NCBI GenBank assembly: GCA_910586965.1
Contig: CAJUMF010000007.1
Span: 25,577-89,576, forward strand
DNA from: an uncultured Dorea sp.
GTDB lineage: Bacteria; Bacillota; Clostridia; Lachnospirales; Lachnospiraceae
Direction: 5' to 3'
Length of the DNA: 64,000 bases
Under the pieces are notes generated by a model that made no database searches, was not told where the DNA came from, and was given only the letters and a program-made list of their open reading frames with translations. The position numbers were made by a program, and so were the translations under genes. Position 1 is the stretch's first letter. The number at the start of each line of letters is the position of its first letter. Below are positions 39,026-49,120 of this stretch, in pieces.

Positions 39026-39286
39026 ATGGATAAGATTAAATTCATGTCTGAAGAGCTTAAGGAAGAAGTAGAGTTCTTTGTGCTGGAGCAGACAAAGATT
39101 AATGGAATTTCATATATTCTGGTTACTGATTCTGAAAAAGGAGATGCTCAATGCCTGATTTTAAGAGATATGTCATCAGCAGATGAGAAAGACAGCATAT
39201 ATGAAATCGTAGATGACGATGACGAGCTTGGCGTGATTTCAAAAGTATTTGAGGAACTGTTGGAGGATGTGGATATAGAGCGGTAA
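39026..39286 (+). CDS. DUF1292-like small acidic protein
   Basis: Acidic 86 aa; usual position after ireB-ruvX. Confidence 0.75.
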   Translation: MDKIKFMSEELKEEVEFFVLEQTKINGISYILVTDSEKGDAQCLILRDMSSADEKDSIYEIVDDDDELGVISKVFEELLEDVDIER

Positions 39287-39337
39287 AAGCTCTGTTTACA
39301 TATACGAAAGCAAAGATTCTGAGAGGATAGTGATCTT

Positions 39338-39796
39338 ATGTCTATCAGTCAGGAAAAATTCAAGCAGATGCTAAAAGAAAAAGGGCTTAAGGTAACGAAT
39401 CAAAGGTTACTTGTGTTAGAGGTACTCGCGTGTCACAAGGACAGGCATATGACAGTGGAGGATATCTATGATCTGGTAAAAGAGGATGACCCGGATATCG
39501 GGCTTGCAACAATTTACCGGACTGTACAGCTATTGCTGGAAATGCAGTTGGTGGACCGTATCAGTCTGGATGATGGATGTGTGCGCTATGAAATCGGAGA
39601 AGGTACAAGCGCAGAGAGAAAACATCATCATCATCACCTGATATGCAGGACATGTGGAAATGTGCAGCCGTTCAGAGATGACTGGCTGGACAGATTGGAG
39701 AGCCATATCGAGGAGGAGACTGGCTTTTACGTGTTGGATCACGAACTGAAATTTTACGGCAAATGCAGAGAATGCCTTAAGAAAACGGAAAAATAA
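39338..39796 (+). CDS. fur: Fur-family transcriptional regulator
   Basis: GLATIYRT, HHHHHLICRTCG, C-terminal CREC. Confidence 0.9.
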   Translation: MSISQEKFKQMLKEKGLKVTNQRLLVLEVLACHKDRHMTVEDIYDLVKEDDPDIGLATIYRTVQLLLEMQLVDRISLDDGCVRYEIGEGTSAERKHHHHHLICRTCGNVQPFRDDWLDRLESHIEEETGFYVLDHELKFYGKCRECLKKTEK

Positions 39797-39813
39797 TATA
39801 TGGAGGTGGAAAT

Positions 39814-41481
39814 TTGAAAAAAGAAAACAACGGAAAATTGCGTATCATTCCGCTGGGAGGATTAGAGAAGATCGGAATGAATATTACTGTCTTTGAATAC
39901 GGAGACAGTATTATTGTGGTGGATTGCGGTCTGGCGTTCCCGGAGAATGATATGCTTGGAATCGATCTGGTAATTCCGGATATTACCTATCTGAAAGACA
40001 ATATACAGAAAGTGAAAGGGTTTGTCATCACCCATGGGCATGAGGATCATATCGGAGCCTTGTCATATGTGCTTCGGGAGATGAATCTTCCAATCTATGC
40101 GACAAAGCTCACGATGGGAATTATCGAGAAAAAGCTTACAGAGCACAATCTTTTAAGAAGTACAAGAAGGAAAGTCGTAAGGCATGGGCAGTCTATTAAT
40201 CTGGGACAATTTCGGATTGAATTTATCAAGACGAATCACAGTATCCAGGATGCAGCCGCCCTCGCCATTTATTCGCCGGCGGGAATCGTGGTGCATACGG
40301 GAGACTTTAAGGTGGACTATACACCGGTGTTTGGAGATGCCATAGATTTACAGCGCTTTGCGGAGATTGGAAAGAAAGGCGTGCTGGCTCTGATGAGTGA
40401 CAGTACCAATGCAGAGCGGACAGGCTTTACCCAGTCCGAACGGACGGTGGGGCTTACTTTTGACCATATCTTTGCAGAACATCAACATACAAGGATTATT
40501 ATCGCTACTTTTGCGTCTAATGTGGACCGTGTGCAGCAGATCATCAATTCTGCTTGCAAATACAATCGCAAGGTAGTGGTGGAAGGCCGGAGTATGGTCA
40601 GCATCATCCAGGTTGCCCAGGAGCTGGGGTACTTAAGCGTGCCGGCCAATACGCTTATAGAGATTGACCAGTTGAAGAACTATCCGCCGGAGAAGACGGT
40701 GCTGATCACGACAGGAAGCCAGGGAGAGTCAATGGCGGCTCTTTCGCGCATGGCTGCAGATGTGCACAAGAAAGTTACGATCATGCCGGGAGATACGGTG
40801 ATTTTCAGTTCCAACCCGATTCCGGGGAATGAGAAGTCTGTATCCAAAGTCATTAACGAGCTTTCGGAGAAGGGAGCGAATGTAATCTTCCAGGATGCCC
40901 ATGTGTCGGGACATGCCTGTCAGGAAGAGTTAAAGCTTATCTATTCTCTGGTGAAGCCGAAATATGCGGTCCCTATACATGGAGAATTCCGTCACAGGAA
41001 TGCCAATGCGGCTTTGGCAAGAAATCTGGGTATACCGAAGGACAATGTATTCCTGATCCATTCGGGAGATGTGCTGGAGCTTGACAGCGAGAAAGCGGAG
41101 GTCGTGGACAAGGTGCACACCGGAGAGATCCTTGTGGACGGGCTTGGCGTAGGCGATGTGGGAAATATTGTCTTAAGAGACCGCCAGCATTTGGCAGAGG
41201 ACGGTATTCTTATCGTAGTATTGACCCTTGAGCGCGGGAGCAACCAGCTTCTTGCCGGGCCGGATATCGTGTCCAGAGGTTTTGTCTATGTCAGGGAGTC
41301 TGAGGTGCTTATGGAAGAGGCCAGGCAGATTCTTACAGATGCTGTCGAAGACTGCCTGATGCATCAGCGCAATGCGGATTGGAGCAAGATCAAGCTTGTC
41401 ATCCGGGATAAGATGAATGATTTTATCTGGAGACGGACAAAGCGTAAACCTATGATACTGCCGATAATAATGGATGTGTAA
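39814..41481 (+). CDS. rnj: Ribonuclease J
   Basis: PLGGLEKIGMN, THGHEDHIG, HVSGHA; TTG start with GGAGGTG RBS. Confidence 0.95.
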   Translation: MKKENNGKLRIIPLGGLEKIGMNITVFEYGDSIIVVDCGLAFPENDMLGIDLVIPDITYLKDNIQKVKGFVITHGHEDHIGALSYVLREMNLPIYATKLTMGIIEKKLTEHNLLRSTRRKVVRHGQSINLGQFRIEFIKTNHSIQDAAALAIYSPAGIVVHTGDFKVDYTPVFGDAIDLQRFAEIGKKGVLALMSDSTNAERTGFTQSERTVGLTFDHIFAEHQHTRIIIATFASNVDRVQQIINSACKYNRKVVVEGRSMVSIIQVAQELGYLSVPANTLIEIDQLKNYPPEKTVLITTGSQGESMAALSRMAADVHKKVTIMPGDTVIFSSNPIPGNEKSVSKVINELSEKGANVIFQDAHVSGHACQEELKLIYSLVKPKYAVPIHGEFRHRNANAALARNLGIPKDNVFLIHSGDVLELDSEKAEVVDKVHTGEILVDGLGVGDVGNIVLRDRQHLAEDGILIVVLTLERGSNQLLAGPDIVSRGFVYVRESEVLMEEARQILTDAVEDCLMHQRNADWSKIKLVIRDKMNDFIWRRTKRKPMILPIIMDV

Positions 41482-41482
41482 G

Positions 41483-42151
41483 ATGATTGTTGATGAGAGG
41501 ATGATAACTTATATTCACTCTCTGGAGCTTCCGGAGAGTGATATGGTCGAGAAAATAGAACAGGAAGCGCTGGAGGGTCATGTGCCGATCATACGGAAGG
41601 AGACCCAGAGCTTCTTGAAGGTACTTTTGCTTATGAAAAAGCCGCTTCGTATCCTGGAGATCGGAGCGGCTGTCGGGTTTTCGGCGATTTTGATGAGTGA
41701 GTATATGCCAAAGGACGGACATATTACTACCATTGAGAATTATGAGAAACGGATTCCCATTGCTCTTAAGAATTTTGAGCGGGCGGGAAGGGAAAAGCAG
41801 ATTACCCTTCTTGAGGGAGATGCATTAGAAGTCATGAGGACACTTGACGGCTTTTATGACTTTATCTTTATGGATGCTGCAAAGGGGCAGTATATCCAGT
41901 ATATGCCTGAGGCAGTACGTCTTCTTGCACCGGAAGGCGTACTGGTATCAGACAATGTGCTTCAGGACGGGGACATTATCGAATCCCGCTTCGCGGTAGA
42001 GAGAAGGAACCGGACGATTCACAGCCGTATGCGGGAGTATCTCTATGAGCTAAAGCACGATGAACGTTTGCAGACGTCGATCCTGCCTTTAGGGGACGGG
42101 ATTGCTCTCAGTGTGAAAAAGAGGGGGAATAAGAAAGATGGGAAATCATAG
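41483..42151 (+). CDS. O-methyltransferase (YrrM/TrmR-like)
   Basis: LEIGAAVGFSA, FMDAAKGQY, DNVL, LPLGDG; adjacent to a U32 gene. Confidence 0.85.
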   Translation: MIVDERMITYIHSLELPESDMVEKIEQEALEGHVPIIRKETQSFLKVLLLMKKPLRILEIGAAVGFSAILMSEYMPKDGHITTIENYEKRIPIALKNFERAGREKQITLLEGDALEVMRTLDGFYDFIFMDAAKGQYIQYMPEAVRLLAPEGVLVSDNVLQDGDIIESRFAVERRNRTIHSRMREYLYELKHDERLQTSILPLGDGIALSVKKRGNKKDGKS

Positions 42152-43373
42152 ACATCCGGAACTTCTGATTCCGGCAAGCAGTCTGGAGGTGTTAAAGACA
42201 GCGGTTATATTTGGTGCTGATGCAGTCTATATCGGAGGCGAGGCTTTCGGGCTGCGTGCCAAAGCGAAGAATTTTTCCAGGGAGGATATGCGGGAGGGAA
42301 TCGCGTTCGCCCATGAAAGAGGTGTCAGAGTACATGTGACAGTGAATATACTGGCACACAACGATGACCTCCCGGGTGTGGAAGAATATTTAAAGGAGTT
42401 AAAGGAATTAAAGCCGGATGCGCTTATTATTGCAGATCCGGCAGTCTTTATGCTGGCAAAGCAAGTCTGCCCGGAGATTGAGCGTCATGTGAGTACCCAG
42501 GCGAATAATACGAATTACGGTACATACCGTTTTTGGTGGGATTTGGGGGCGAAGCGTGTTGTCTCTGCAAGAGAGTTGTCTCTTAAGGAGATTAAAGAAA
42601 TCCGCGGACATATTCCGGAGGAGATGGAGATTGAGAGTTTTATCCATGGTGCTATGTGTATTTCTTATTCCGGGCGTTGTCTTTTGAGCAATTTCTTCAC
42701 TGGGCGGGATGCGAACCGCGGAGCGTGCACCCATCCCTGCCGGTGGAAATATGCAGTTGTGGAGGAGACCAGACCTGGTGAATATATGCCTGTCTATGAG
42801 AATGAGCGGGGAACCTATATATTTAACTCCAAGGATCTGTGCATGATCGAGCACATTCCGGAGATGATAGAAGCGGGGATTGACAGCTTCAAGATCGAAG
42901 GGCGCATGAAGACCGCCCTCTATGTGGCTACCGTAGCCAGGACTTACCGCAGGGCCATTGACGATTATCTGGAATCTCCGGAAAAATACAGAGCAAATAT
43001 GTCCTGGTACTCAGACCAGATCGTAAACTGCACCTACCGCCAGTTTACCACAGGCTTTTACTTTGGAAAACCAGGGGAAGAAAGCCAGATTTATGACAAT
43101 AATACTTACGTAAAAGAATATACTTATCTTGGGATTGTCGGTGAAGTAAAGGGGAACATCTGCCGTATCGAGCAGCGCAACAAATTCACTGTCGGTGAAC
43201 AGATTGAGATTATGAAGCCGGATGGCCGCAATATCCTTACTACTGTAAAGAACATCACGGATGAGGAAGGGAACTTTCAGGAAAGCGCTCCGCATCCCAA
43301 ACAAATCCTCTATGTAGAGCTGTCTGATGCGGCGGATATCTACGACATTCTCCGCCGGGAGGAGTCTGTGTAA
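42138..43373 (+). CDS. Peptidase U32 family tRNA hydroxylation protein (TrhP-like)
   Basis: HGAMCISYSGRCLLS, RGACTHPCR, KIEGRMK. Confidence 0.9.
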   Translation: MGNHRHPELLIPASSLEVLKTAVIFGADAVYIGGEAFGLRAKAKNFSREDMREGIAFAHERGVRVHVTVNILAHNDDLPGVEEYLKELKELKPDALIIADPAVFMLAKQVCPEIERHVSTQANNTNYGTYRFWWDLGAKRVVSARELSLKEIKEIRGHIPEEMEIESFIHGAMCISYSGRCLLSNFFTGRDANRGACTHPCRWKYAVVEETRPGEYMPVYENERGTYIFNSKDLCMIEHIPEMIEAGIDSFKIEGRMKTALYVATVARTYRRAIDDYLESPEKYRANMSWYSDQIVNCTYRQFTTGFYFGKPGEESQIYDNNTYVKEYTYLGIVGEVKGNICRIEQRNKFTVGEQIEIMKPDGRNILTTVKNITDEEGNFQESAPHPKQILYVELSDAADIYDILRREESV

Positions 43374-43417
43374 AAGAGCTGCACAAACTTATACGCAAGT
43401 AAAAAAATATGGAAAAG

Positions 43418-43446
43418 CACAAAACCTCCTGCGCATACATACAATA
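43418..43446 (+). promoter_or_regulatory. Putative sigma-K-type promoter upstream of sigK
   Basis: CACA-16 bp-CATACAATA matches the B. subtilis sigma-K consensus mACm-N16-CATA---Ta. Confidence 0.55.
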
Positions 43447-43475
43447 TTATTAAGTATGCCAAGAGGTGCTTTTTT

Positions 43476-44093
43476 TTGAAATCATTTCCCCAACCTCTTA
43501 CTGCTGCTGAAGAAAGTTTTTACATGCAAAAATATACGGAGGGTGACTTAGAGGCAAAGCACGTTCTTATCGAAAGAAATCTGCGCCTTGTGGCTCATAT
43601 CGTAAAAAAATACCAGACCTTGGAGGAGGACAATGAAGATCTTCTGTCTGTCGGGACAATCGGGCTTATTAAAGCCGTAGTCACTTTTAATCCGAATAAG
43701 AGTGTAAGGCTTGGAACGTACGCAGCCAGGTGCATTGAGAACGAGATATTGATGCACTTCAGGGCAAGAAAAAAATCTTCCAGGGAAATCTCTTTGTATG
43801 AGCCGATCGGAACGGACAGGGAGGGTAATGAGATACAGCTATTTGATATTATCGAGACGGATGAAGATGATGCACACAGGAAAGCGGAACTTAAGGATGA
43901 CATCAGGATGCTTTACCAAAAAGTAGAGTCGGAACTGTCAAAAAGAGAGCGTCTGGTGCTCAAGATGAGGTACGGCCTGTATAATGAGGAAGAGTATACG
44001 CAGCGGGAGATAGCTGAGCAGCTAGGCATCTCTCGTTCTTATGTTTCAAGGATTGAGAAGAGTGCAATCGAAAAACTCAGAGTATATTTTTAG
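43476..44093 (+). CDS. sigK: Sporulation sigma factor sigma-K
   Basis: FPQPLT, LIERNLRLVAHIVKKY, GTIGLIKAV, YAARCIENEILM, TQREIA..LGISRSYVSRIEK; TTG start 7 nt after GAGGTG. Confidence 0.93.
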   Translation: MKSFPQPLTAAEESFYMQKYTEGDLEAKHVLIERNLRLVAHIVKKYQTLEEDNEDLLSVGTIGLIKAVVTFNPNKSVRLGTYAARCIENEILMHFRARKKSSREISLYEPIGTDREGNEIQLFDIIETDEDDAHRKAELKDDIRMLYQKVESELSKRERLVLKMRYGLYNEEEYTQREIAEQLGISRSYVSRIEKSAIEKLRVYF

Positions 44094-44101
44094 GATTTAA
44101 G

Positions 44102-44125
44102 AAAAGGGGTTAAGCCCCTTTTTTT
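44102..44125 (+). terminator. Intrinsic terminator after sigK
   Basis: AAAAGGGGT-TAA-GCCCCTTTT followed by a T run. Confidence 0.8.
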
Positions 44126-44135
44126 GAAAATTTAG

Positions 44136-44164
44136 TTGACATACGGCGAAATTTCGGATAAAAT
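44136..44164 (+). promoter_or_regulatory. Putative sigma-A promoter for comM-dprA
   Basis: TTGACA-17 bp-TAAAAT. Confidence 0.7.
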
Positions 44165-44289
44165 GATTTCACATTTTCGGAGACAGAGAAAATTCTCGAA
44201 TCGGTTTCCGGTATATTTCACAGGTCATTTCGGCCGCGATCACATTTTTATTCAGTTTAATTTAACAGCATAAGAAAGGAGCATACAAA

Positions 44290-45825
44290 ATGTCATTCAG
44301 TACAGTAATGTCTGCGGCCATCGAAGGGCTGCATGTAGAGCCGGTTCATGTGGAGACGGATATCAGCAACGGGCTTCCGGTATTCCATATGGTAGGCTAT
44401 CTTTCCTCTGAGGTAAAAGAGGCGTCGGAGCGGGTGCGAACAGCAGTGCAGAATTCAGATATCAGGATTCCGGCGAAAAAAATCATTATCAATCTGGCAC
44501 CTGCAACTGTCAGAAAGAAAGGAGCATCTTTTGATTTCCCTATCGCGTTGTCTCTGTTGTCTGCCTTGGGGGAGATCAATACAGAAATACTTAAAGATAC
44601 AGTAGTTATCGGTGAGTTAAGCTTAGACGGCAGAGTCAGGGAGGTAAAAGGAGTGCTGCCTATTGTCATGGAGGCGCAAAAGAGGGGGTACGGACGGTGT
44701 CTCCTGCCGAAAGGAAATGCGCCGGAGGGTGCCCTTATCGAGGGGATAGAGATTGTCGGAGTTGAGGATCTTAAGCAGGCAGTAGACTATCTGCGGGGAA
44801 ATAAAAAGATCATGCCGGAAAAAGGAGACGAGTGGGAAAAGTATACGAATCCCTTAGATGGCTTGATTGATTTTTCTGATATCCAGGGACAGGAATCTGT
44901 AAAGCGAGCCGTGGAGGTGGCAGTTTCGGGAGGCCACAATCTGCTGTTGATCGGACCGCCGGGCAGTGGGAAATCTATGATCGTGCAGCGGATTCCTACG
45001 ATACTTCCGCCGCCTGTCCATGCGGAAAGCCTGGAGATTACGAAGATATACAGCGTTCTTGGGATGGTGGATAAGGAGCGTCCGCTCATTACCGGAAGAC
45101 CTTTTCGAAGTGTACATCATACCGTGACAAAGTCAGCCCTTATCGGAGGCGGATTGATTCCTTCGCCGGGGGAGATCAGTCTGGCTCATGGAGGCGTCCT
45201 GTTCCTGGACGAGCTGCCGGAATTCAGAAAGTCAGTGCTGGAGGTCTTAAGGCAGCCTTTGGAAGAGAGAAAGGTCTGTATCAACCGGACCCATGGAAGC
45301 TATGTGTTCCCGTCTGATTTTATTCTTACCGCCGCGATGAACCCATGTCCCTGCGGCAATTATCCTGATTTTTCAAAATGCAGTTGTACGCCGTGGCAGA
45401 TCGGGCAGTATTTGTCGCGTATCAGCCAGCCCTTTTTGGATCGGATCGATATATGTGTGGAAGCTCCCCGAATCCTGTATGAAGAGATCACAGAGCGCGG
45501 CAGGGCAGAGACATCGGCCGAAATACGGAAGAGAGTTATAGCGGCGCGGACAATCCAGCAGAGAAGATATGAGGGGACAAAGATTCGGAGCAACGCTATG
45601 TTAGGTGTCAGACAGATTGATGGCTTCTGCCGTCTGGGAGAAGAGGAAGAGGATCTGATGCGCCGGGCATTTACTTCTCTGGGCCTGACCGCGAGAACTT
45701 ATCACAAGATCCTTAAAGTTGCACGGACAATTGCAGATATGGACGGTGAAGACAGGATTCATATGCCGCACCTGAAAGAGGCTATCGGATACCGGACTGC
45801 AGACAAGAAATATTGGGGGAGGTAA
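44290..45825 (+). CDS. comM: YifB/ComM Mg-chelatase-like AAA+ ATPase
   Basis: GPPGSGKS, PGEISLAHGGVLFLDELPEF, AMNPCPCG. Confidence 0.92.
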   Translation: MSFSTVMSAAIEGLHVEPVHVETDISNGLPVFHMVGYLSSEVKEASERVRTAVQNSDIRIPAKKIIINLAPATVRKKGASFDFPIALSLLSALGEINTEILKDTVVIGELSLDGRVREVKGVLPIVMEAQKRGYGRCLLPKGNAPEGALIEGIEIVGVEDLKQAVDYLRGNKKIMPEKGDEWEKYTNPLDGLIDFSDIQGQESVKRAVEVAVSGGHNLLLIGPPGSGKSMIVQRIPTILPPPVHAESLEITKIYSVLGMVDKERPLITGRPFRSVHHTVTKSALIGGGLIPSPGEISLAHGGVLFLDELPEFRKSVLEVLRQPLEERKVCINRTHGSYVFPSDFILTAAMNPCPCGNYPDFSKCSCTPWQIGQYLSRISQPFLDRIDICVEAPRILYEEITERGRAETSAEIRKRVIAARTIQQRRYEGTKIRSNAMLGVRQIDGFCRLGEEEEDLMRRAFTSLGLTARTYHKILKVARTIADMDGEDRIHMPHLKEAIGYRTADKKYWGR

Positions 45826-45831
45826 TTGCAT

Positions 45832-46902
45832 ATGATATATGAGTACTGGCTGGCATCTGTCTATGGAGTATCTGCGGCGAAAAAAAGGCTTTTGAGAGAG
45901 AGATTTAAAAGCGCAGAAGAAATATATAATATAGAAGAAAAAATGCTGTATGATCTGGATATCTTGAAAGAGAAAGAAATCCGGGCAATTGGGGAGGCGA
46001 AGAAAAAAGATTTCAAGGAAGGATACTATCGGATAGCGGAACAGGGAATCGCATTTGTCCCGTATTTTGCTAAAGCGTATCCGAACAGACTTAAAAGTAT
46101 TCCGAATCCGCCTTACGCATTATATGTAAAGGGGCGTCTGCCGGAAGAAAAATTTTCGGCGGCTATTGTAGGGGCAAGGAGATGTACACATTATGGGGAG
46201 GAGATGGCACTTATGTATGGGGAACAACTTGCCGGGGCAGGTGTACAGATTATCAGCGGCATGGCGAGAGGGATTGACGGATCAGGGCAAAGAGGGGCTT
46301 TGAACGGAGGGGGAATCAGCTTCGGAGTGCTGGGATGCGGCGTAGATATATGTTATCCAAGAGAAAATATTGGGCTTTATATGGACTTGCAAAAGGAAGG
46401 CGGACTGATCTCTGAACAGATTCCGGGGGCGAAGCCGCTCCCGGGTTATTTCCCGGCAAGAAACCGTATCATCAGTGCCCTGTCGGATGTGGTACTTGTG
46501 ATAGAGGCAAAAGAGCGGAGCGGCTCTTTGATTACTGCGGATATGGCATTGGAGCAGGGAAAAGATGTATATGCGCTTCCGGGTCCTGCCACTAGTCCTT
46601 TGAGCAGAGGGTGCCACCGGCTGATCCAGCAGGGGGCAGGGATATTAATCTCGCCGGAGGATTTGTTAGACGAAGTGGGTGTCCGGAACAAAAAAGGCGC
46701 ACAAATAAACAACAAAAATGAAAAAGTGCTTGAAAGTACAGTAAATTTAGTGTATAGTTGTCTCGGTTTCATCCCGAAAGGTGTGGATTGTCTGGCGAAA
46801 GAGACAGACCTTTCGGTGAGAGAAGTTCTTGAACAACTGATCACTCTGGAATTGCAGGGGGTGGCGAAAGAAATTTCTAAAAATTATTATATAAGAATTT
46901 GA
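45832..46902 (+). CDS. dprA: DNA-processing protein DprA
   Basis: AIVGAR, ISGMARGID, FPARNRIIS, SGSLITA. Confidence 0.93.
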   Translation: MIYEYWLASVYGVSAAKKRLLRERFKSAEEIYNIEEKMLYDLDILKEKEIRAIGEAKKKDFKEGYYRIAEQGIAFVPYFAKAYPNRLKSIPNPPYALYVKGRLPEEKFSAAIVGARRCTHYGEEMALMYGEQLAGAGVQIISGMARGIDGSGQRGALNGGGISFGVLGCGVDICYPRENIGLYMDLQKEGGLISEQIPGAKPLPGYFPARNRIISALSDVVLVIEAKERSGSLITADMALEQGKDVYALPGPATSPLSRGCHRLIQQGAGILISPEDLLDEVGVRNKKGAQINNKNEKVLESTVNLVYSCLGFIPKGVDCLAKETDLSVREVLEQLITLELQGVAKEISKNYYIRI

Positions 46903-46929
46903 TACATTCGTAGTGGAGGAAGGATTTTT

Positions 46930-49020
46930 ATGGCTAGATATCTTGTGATCGTAGAGTCACCTGCCAAGGTAAAGACAATTAAAAAATTTCTGGGGAGCAA
47001 TTATGTTGTGACTGCATCCAACGGCCATGTAAGAGATTTGCCCAAAAGCCAGCTTGGAATTGATGTAGAACATGATTTTGAACCAAAATATATTACGATC
47101 CGCGGGAAAGGAGATATTCTTGCAAATCTGCGCAAAGAAGTGAAAAAGGCAGACAAAGTATATCTTGCAACTGACCCGGACCGGGAGGGGGAGGCAATCT
47201 CATGGCATCTTTCTAAATCGCTGAAGCTTGAGGACAAGAAGACGTACCGGATCAGCTTTAATGAGATTACGAAGAATGCCGTAAAAACTTCTCTTAAAAA
47301 TGCAAGAGAAATTGATATGGACTTAGTGGATGCACAGCAGGCGAGACGTATCCTGGACAGAGTTGTAGGTTACAGAATAAGCCCTCTTTTGTGGGCAAAG
47401 GTAAAGAGGGGCTTAAGTGCGGGGCGTGTCCAGTCTGTCGCTTTGAGGATCATTGCAGACCGGGAGGAAGAGATCAATATGTTTATCCCGGAGGAATATT
47501 GGACACTGGATGCCTGCCTGAAAGTGAATGGTGAGAAGAAACCGTTGACAGCCAGGTTCTATGGGACGGAAGAGGAGAAGATGACCATTCGTTCCAAAGA
47601 GGAATTAGACCGGATCATAGAGGAAATTGATGATGTACCCTATACGGTAGAGGAAGTGAAAAAGGGCGAGAGGACAAAAAAGTCCCCAGTTCCTTTTACT
47701 ACCAGTACATTGCAGCAAGAAGCCTCTAAGGGGCTTAATTTTGCCACTGCGAAGACCATGCGGATTGCCCAGCAGCTCTACGAGGGAATCGACTTGAAGG
47801 GCAACGGGACGGTAGGTCTCATCACATATTTGCGTACGGATTCAACCAGGATCTCTGAGGAAGCGGATGGGAACGTGCGGGAATTTATTAAAGAACAGTA
47901 TGGCGCTAAGTTTGTGGCGGATGAGAGATCAAAAGAGGCTGACGGTAAGAAGATCCAGGATGCACATGAGGCGATCCGGCCGACGGATGTGGCGAGGACT
48001 CCTGCGGCAGTGAAAGATTCATTGACGCGGGATCAGTTCAGACTCTATCAATTGATATGGAAGCGGTTTGTTGCCAGCAGGATGCAGCCGGCGAGATATG
48101 AGACGACTTCTGTGAAGATCGGCGCAGGGAAATATAGATTTACAGTGGCGGCATCTAAGCTTTCTTTTGAAGGCTTCCGGGCAGTTTATGTAGAGGCAGG
48201 AGAAGGGAAAGAAGAGAGCAATGTGCTTCTCAAAGGATTGGATAAAGAGTCCGTTCTCACAAAAGAGAGTTTTGACAGTAAACAGCATTTTACACAGCCG
48301 CCTGCCCATTATACGGAGGCAGCTCTTGTGAAGACGCTGGAGGAACTGGGAATCGGGCGCCCCAGTACCTATGCGCCGACTATCTCTACAATTATCAATC
48401 GAAGATATGTGGCAAAGGAAAATAAAAATCTGTATTTGACGGAGATCGGAGAGGTTGTCAATCATATGATGAAGCAGTCTTTCCCGACGATTGTAGATGT
48501 GAACTTTACTGCTAATATGGAAAGTCTGCTGGATGGAGTTGCAGAAGGAAAAGTAAAGTGGAAGACAATTATAGAGAATTTTTATCCGGATATTGAGGAA
48601 GCAGTAGAGCGTGCAGAGAAGGAGCTTGAGACAGTCAAGATTGAAGATGAGGTGACAGATGTAATCTGTGAGCAGTGCGGGCGCAATATGGTGATCAAAT
48701 ATGGACCTCACGGAAAATTCCTGGCTTGTCCGGGATTCCCGGAGTGCAGGAACACAAAGCCTTATCTTGAAAAAGCAGGTGTGAAGTGTCCGGTATGCGG
48801 CAAAGATGTGGTCTTAAGAAAGACCAAGAAGGGCCGCAGATACTATGGCTGTGAGGATAATCCGGAATGCAGCTTTATGTCGTGGCAAAAGCCGTCGGAT
48901 AAGAAATGTCCGCGCTGCGGAAGTTATATGGTAGAAAAGGGGAACAAACTTAGCTGTTCCAATGAGCAATGCGGCTATGTGGAGAATAAATCAGACAACA
49001 GTAAGACGGTATCGGACTAG
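46930..49020 (+). CDS. topA: DNA topoisomerase I
   Basis: LVIVESPAK, ATDPDREGE, SAGRVQS, ITYLRTDS, three C4 zinc ribbons. Confidence 0.97.
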   Translation: MARYLVIVESPAKVKTIKKFLGSNYVVTASNGHVRDLPKSQLGIDVEHDFEPKYITIRGKGDILANLRKEVKKADKVYLATDPDREGEAISWHLSKSLKLEDKKTYRISFNEITKNAVKTSLKNAREIDMDLVDAQQARRILDRVVGYRISPLLWAKVKRGLSAGRVQSVALRIIADREEEINMFIPEEYWTLDACLKVNGEKKPLTARFYGTEEEKMTIRSKEELDRIIEEIDDVPYTVEEVKKGERTKKSPVPFTTSTLQQEASKGLNFATAKTMRIAQQLYEGIDLKGNGTVGLITYLRTDSTRISEEADGNVREFIKEQYGAKFVADERSKEADGKKIQDAHEAIRPTDVARTPAAVKDSLTRDQFRLYQLIWKRFVASRMQPARYETTSVKIGAGKYRFTVAASKLSFEGFRAVYVEAGEGKEESNVLLKGLDKESVLTKESFDSKQHFTQPPAHYTEAALVKTLEELGIGRPSTYAPTISTIINRRYVAKENKNLYLTEIGEVVNHMMKQSFPTIVDVNFTANMESLLDGVAEGKVKWKTIIENFYPDIEEAVERAEKELETVKIEDEVTDVICEQCGRNMVIKYGPHGKFLACPGFPECRNTKPYLEKAGVKCPVCGKDVVLRKTKKGRRYYGCEDNPECSFMSWQKPSDKKCPRCGSYMVEKGNKLSCSNEQCGYVENKSDNSKTVSD

Positions 49021-49066
49021 AAAAAGGGTAAAAACAAAAAAAGAATAAGATTTTGTGCAAAATTTA

Positions 49067-49095
49067 TTGAATATTCGAGAATTGTGTGATAATAT
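49067..49095 (+). promoter_or_regulatory. Putative codY promoter
   Basis: TTGAAT-17 bp-TAATAT with extended TG. Confidence 0.5.
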
Positions 49096-49120
49096 TACGC
49101 TATAGAACGGAGGAAAACGT

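Noticed and set aside
32444..43373. Cluster of RNA/ribosome modification genes as a novel system; no mltG between rnj and the O-methyltransferase, and no dnaJ before prmA
   Set aside because: Ordinary conserved clostridial genes; the order differences cannot be judged without comparative genomes
44145..44200. CodY-box-like sequences before comM, codY (about 49049) and DUF5688 (about 58272)
   Set aside because: Four or more mismatches to AATTTTCWGAAAATT in AT-rich DNA
44290..46902. comM-dprA as evidence of natural competence
   Set aside because: comM-dprA-topA is widespread regardless of competence; no uptake genes in the window
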